A stretch of DNA of 64,000 bases, taken from assembly GCA_900767465.1 (NCBI GenBank), contig CAAGAW010000009.1, forward strand, positions 67,537 through 131,536, in the 5' to 3' direction. This stretch comes from Clostridia bacterium. Its GTDB lineage: Bacteria > Bacillota > Clostridia > Christensenellales > Pumilibacteraceae. The notes below the pieces were generated by a model. That model did no database searches. It was not told the origin of the DNA and saw only the letters and a program-made list of their open reading frames with translations. This document shows, in pieces, positions 61,417-64,000 of this stretch (the first letter of the stretch is position 1; each line of letters opens with the position of its first letter). Made by a program: the position numbers and the translations under genes.

Positions 61417-62436
61417 TTATTTCGTTTCGGAAAATTCCGCCGCAATCGCCTTGGCGAAAGTGTTATCAACCGCCGAGGTGAACGTTACGCGGGATTCGAG
61501 AAAACCTGCGTTTTGCATAACGTCCTGAAGTTTGATATACGCGTTTTCGGTAAATACGGGCGTCGAACACCACGCGTCGATTTCGATATAACTTTTAAGC
61601 GCGGCAGCCGCGGATTTTTCGCTCGTTCCGGAAAAGGACGGGGTGAGGTAAGGCGCAACCGTTTCGGGCGTGTTATTCTTAATATAATCGTATCCTTTTA
61701 CGATCGCACGCAGAAAACCTTTTATAAGTCCGGGGTTTGCCGCGATGTAACTTTTCGAGGCCGAGAAAGAAGTGTAGGGGATCTCGCCCGACTCTTTGCC
61801 CACCGCCGCGACGATATATCCTTTGCCCGCCGCCGCAAACTCGCTTGCGGTAGGCTCGAAAAGCGTGGTATAGTCCACCGTGTCGTCCGACTCGAATACC
61901 GGACCCATCATATTGAACGCTACGTCCGTATTGAAATTAAGGTCGGTTTTCTCGTCCAGTCCGGCCTTGTTTATAACGTACTGCATAGTCATCGCGGGAA
62001 CGCCGCCTATGCGCCCGGCAAGTACGTGTTTACCCCTTAGATCCGTCCATTTAAAGTCGGGCTGATCGGTTTTTGCGACGAGGAACGAGCCGTCGCGCTT
62101 GGTGAGTTGCCCGAATATCACGGGGTAGTCTTTTTGCCCCTGTGCCTGACAGTAAACCGTTGCTTCCGGACCCATAAGTCCGATATCGGCGGATTTCGAC
62201 GTGATTGCGGTCATGACTTTGTCCGCGCCGCCGCCGTTGGTAAGCTCTATCGAAATGTTCTCTTCGTCGAAGTATCCTTTGTTTATCGCGACGTACATCG
62301 GCGCGTAAAAGATCGAATGGGTCACCTCGCAAAGACGTATTTTCGTCTTGCCTTCGGGGTCTTTTTTGCACCCGACGAGGCAAACGGAACATACAGCCGT
62401 GACGAGGCATAACAATACCGCTGAAAACTTTTTCAT
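61417..62436 (-). CDS. ABC transporter substrate-binding lipoprotein (NMT1/THI5-like; sulfonate/nitrate/pyrimidine-precursor type)
   Basis: Lipobox LVGC. Periplasmic-binding fold with YAPMYVAINKGYF. First gene of a minus-strand SBP-ATPase-permease operon. Confidence 0.7.
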   Translation of the reverse strand: MKKFSAVLLCLVTAVCSVCLVGCKKDPEGKTKIRLCEVTHSIFYAPMYVAINKGYFDEENISIELTNGGGADKVMTAITSKSADIGLMGPEATVYCQAQGQKDYPVIFGQLTKRDGSFLVAKTDQPDFKWTDLRGKHVLAGRIGGVPAMTMQYVINKAGLDEKTDLNFNTDVAFNMMGPVFESDDTVDYTTLFEPTASEFAAAGKGYIVAAVGKESGEIPYTSFSASKSYIAANPGLIKGFLRAIVKGYDYIKNNTPETVAPYLTPSFSGTSEKSAAAALKSYIEIDAWCSTPVFTENAYIKLQDVMQNAGFLESRVTFTSAVDNTFAKAIAAEFSETK

Positions 62437-62551
62437 CGTATCTCCTTTATCCGCAGTTGCGGTTCATAGTCCATACTATGCGGCGCGGTCTCGAACGGGT
62501 GATTAAAAGCGAAGAAATATGACTTTTCCGTCTCTCGTCCGCTTAAAATCG

Positions 62552-62580
62552 TTGATTTTGACGCGCGATTGTGTTATAAT
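62552..62580 (+). promoter_or_regulatory. promoter TTGATT-17-TGtTATAAT for valS
   Basis: Consensus -10 with a TG extension, 28 nt before the ATG at 62608. Confidence 0.5.
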
Positions 62581-62607
62581 GTAATGACAATAAGTACGGA
62601 GACTAAA

Positions 62608-64000
62608 ATGAACAAGACTTACGACCCGAAAGCGTTTGAAGAGAGAATCTACTCGAAGTGGCTGAATAAGAAGTATTTTCACGCCGCGCCGAACAAAAAC
62701 AAAAAACCGTTTACCATAGTTATTCCGCCTCCCAACATCACCGGGCAACTTCACATCGGACACGCGCTCGACGATACGATTCAGGATTCGATTATTCGCT
62801 ATAAGCGTATGAAGGGTTACGAAGCCCTCTGGCTCCCCGGGACCGATCACGCGTCCATTGCGACCGAAGTCAAAATCGTGGAAAAAATGCGCGAAGAGGG
62901 ACTTGACAAAGACTCGCTCGGAAGAGACGGGTTTTTAAGACGCGCCTACGAGTGGAAGGATCGGTACGGCGGCAGAATCGTCGAACAACTCAAAAAAATG
63001 GGATTCTCGTGCGACTGGGATCGCCTCGCTTTTACGATGGACGAGCGTTGCTCGCGCGCCGTCCGCGAAGTTTTCGTAAACTACTATAACAAGGGTCTCA
63101 TTTACCGCGGCGACCGTATCGTAAACTGGTGTCCCGAGTGCGGAACCGCTATTTCGGACGCCGAAGTCGAGTACGAAACCGAAGCGGGTAAACTTTGGCA
63201 TTTCCGCTACCCGATCGCGGGCGAAAAAGATAAATATATCGTAGTTGCGACCACCCGACCCGAAACGATTCCGGGCGACACCGCGGTCGCGGTAAACCCG
63301 TCGGACAAGCGGTATACCGCTCTTGTCGGCAAAGAAATCGAACTCCCGATTTTCGGTCGTCGTATTCCCATCGTTGCCGACAGATACGTAGATAAAGCGT
63401 TCGGTACCGGCGCGGTCAAAATCACCCCCGCGCACGACCCCAACGACTTCGAGGTCGGATACCGTCACTCGCTCCCGACGATCCGCGTTATGAACGACGA
63501 CGCGACCATGAACGAAAATGCGGGTAAATACTGCGGTATGACCCGCGAAAATTGCCGCAAAGCGATCGTCGAAGACTTCGACAAACTCGGACTTTTAGTC
63601 AAAATCGAAGACCACGAACACAATGTCGGACATTGTTATCGTTGCCACAGTTCCATCGAACCCATTGTTTCCAAACAGTGGTTCGTCAGGATGAAAGAAC
63701 TCGCCGAACCCGCGATCAAAGCGGTTAAATCGGGCGAAATATCCTTCCTTCCGAAGCGTTTCGAGAAAAACTATTTCTTCTGGATGAACAATATCCGCGA
63801 CTGGTGCATATCCCGCCAGCTTTGGTGGGGTCATCGCATACCGGTGTTTTACTGCGACGATTGCGGATACGTTACCGCAAGCAAGGAAGACCTTACCGTC
63901 TGCCCGAAGTGCGGAAAACCCATGCGTCAGGACGAGGACGTTCTCGATACGTGGTTTTCGTCCGCGCTCTGGCCGTTTGCAACGCTCGGTTGGCCGGAAA
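62608..64000 (+). CDS. valS: valine--tRNA ligase, N-terminal part (continues beyond the window end)
   Basis: [48 protein letters not shown] class I HIGH region typical of ValS. The frame is open to position 64000. Not in the ORF track because no stop lies inside the window. Confidence 0.85.
   Translation, partial: MNKTYDPKAFEERIYSKWLNKKYFHAAPNKNKKPFTIVIPPPNITGQLHIGHALDDTIQDSIIRYKRMKGYEALWLPGTDHASIATEVKIVEKMREEGLDKDSLGRDGFLRRAYEWKDRYGGRIVEQLKKMGFSCDWDRLAFTMDERCSRAVREVFVNYYNKGLIYRGDRIVNWCPECGTAISDAEVEYETEAGKLWHFRYPIAGEKDKYIVVATTRPETIPGDTAVAVNPSDKRYTALVGKEIELPIFGRRIPIVADRYVDKAFGTGAVKITPAHDPNDFEVGYRHSLPTIRVMNDDATMNENAGKYCGMTRENCRKAIVEDFDKLGLLVKIEDHEHNVGHCYRCHSSIEPIVSKQWFVRMKELAEPAIKAVKSGEISFLPKRFEKNYFFWMNNIRDWCISRQLWWGHRIPVFYCDDCGYVTASKEDLTVCPKCGKPMRQDEDVLDTWFSSALWPFATLGWPE

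Noticed and set aside
62437-62607. Possible TPP riboswitch for the NMT1/THI5-like SBP operon, or a T-box leader for valS
   Set aside because: No CTGAGA/ACCC THI-box core is found on the minus strand. The valS 5' UTR is only about 25 nt after the TTGATT-17-TATAAT promoter, far too short for a T-box.
1-64000. CRISPR arrays, IS elements or transposases, toxin-antitoxin or restriction-modification genes
   Set aside because: No short regularly spaced direct repeats and no transposase, integrase, methyltransferase or nuclease-like ORF were recognised anywhere in the window.

Overview
About 64 kb of chromosome from a spore-forming Firmicute, probably Clostridia. Evidence: sigG, a YlmC/YmxH sporulation protein, an nrdR-feoAB block, GC near 52% with low-GC islands. 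Contents from left to right: (1) the C-terminal part of a YTYTLT-repeat surface protein, then a convergent GGGtGRT-family protein plus NifU-like protein pair. (2) galE and an aldose 1-epimerase. (3) A Gram-positive polysaccharide-utilization cluster, roughly 6.5-25.4 kb. It holds a 1400-aa Flg_new/GLUG surface lipoprotein (N-terminus split from the body by a G10 tract), a GH43 lipoprotein with CBM-like C-terminus, a sugar ABC substrate-binding protein with two permeases, GH2, a GH5-like clan GH-A hydrolase, a CE2-like SGNH esterase lipoprotein, a hybrid sugar-binding/LuxR-HTH regulator and a DUF5107-like/TPR protein. (4) Housekeeping genes: UPF0371, GDPD, lepA, hemW. (5) A small oxidoreductase/AroD-like cluster with a truncated dehydrogenase remnant abutting an AraC regulator. 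(6) sigG, ylmC with an odd Cys/Pro-rich tail, nrdR and feoAB. (7) A surface-polysaccharide locus at 42.4-52.6 kb: DegT aminotransferase, initiating sugar transferase, GT2, TagF-like, GT4, Wzy, a WbbI-like galactofuranosyltransferase, glf and wzx, ending at tRNA-Leu(CAG). Four consecutive genes in its low-GC core are frameshifted; three of the breaks sit in poly-A tracts. (8) A 0.75-kb AT-rich lipoprotein cassette flanked by 118-bp direct repeats that each carry a promoter. (9) A DtxR-family regulator, rbsK, sdaA, a YkvI-like membrane protein, a NitT/TauT-type ABC transporter, and the start of valS. No CRISPR array, transposase or integrase was seen. The most notable signals are the homopolymer-tract frameshifts (phase-variation candidates, or assembly errors) and the promoter-bearing repeat cassette.
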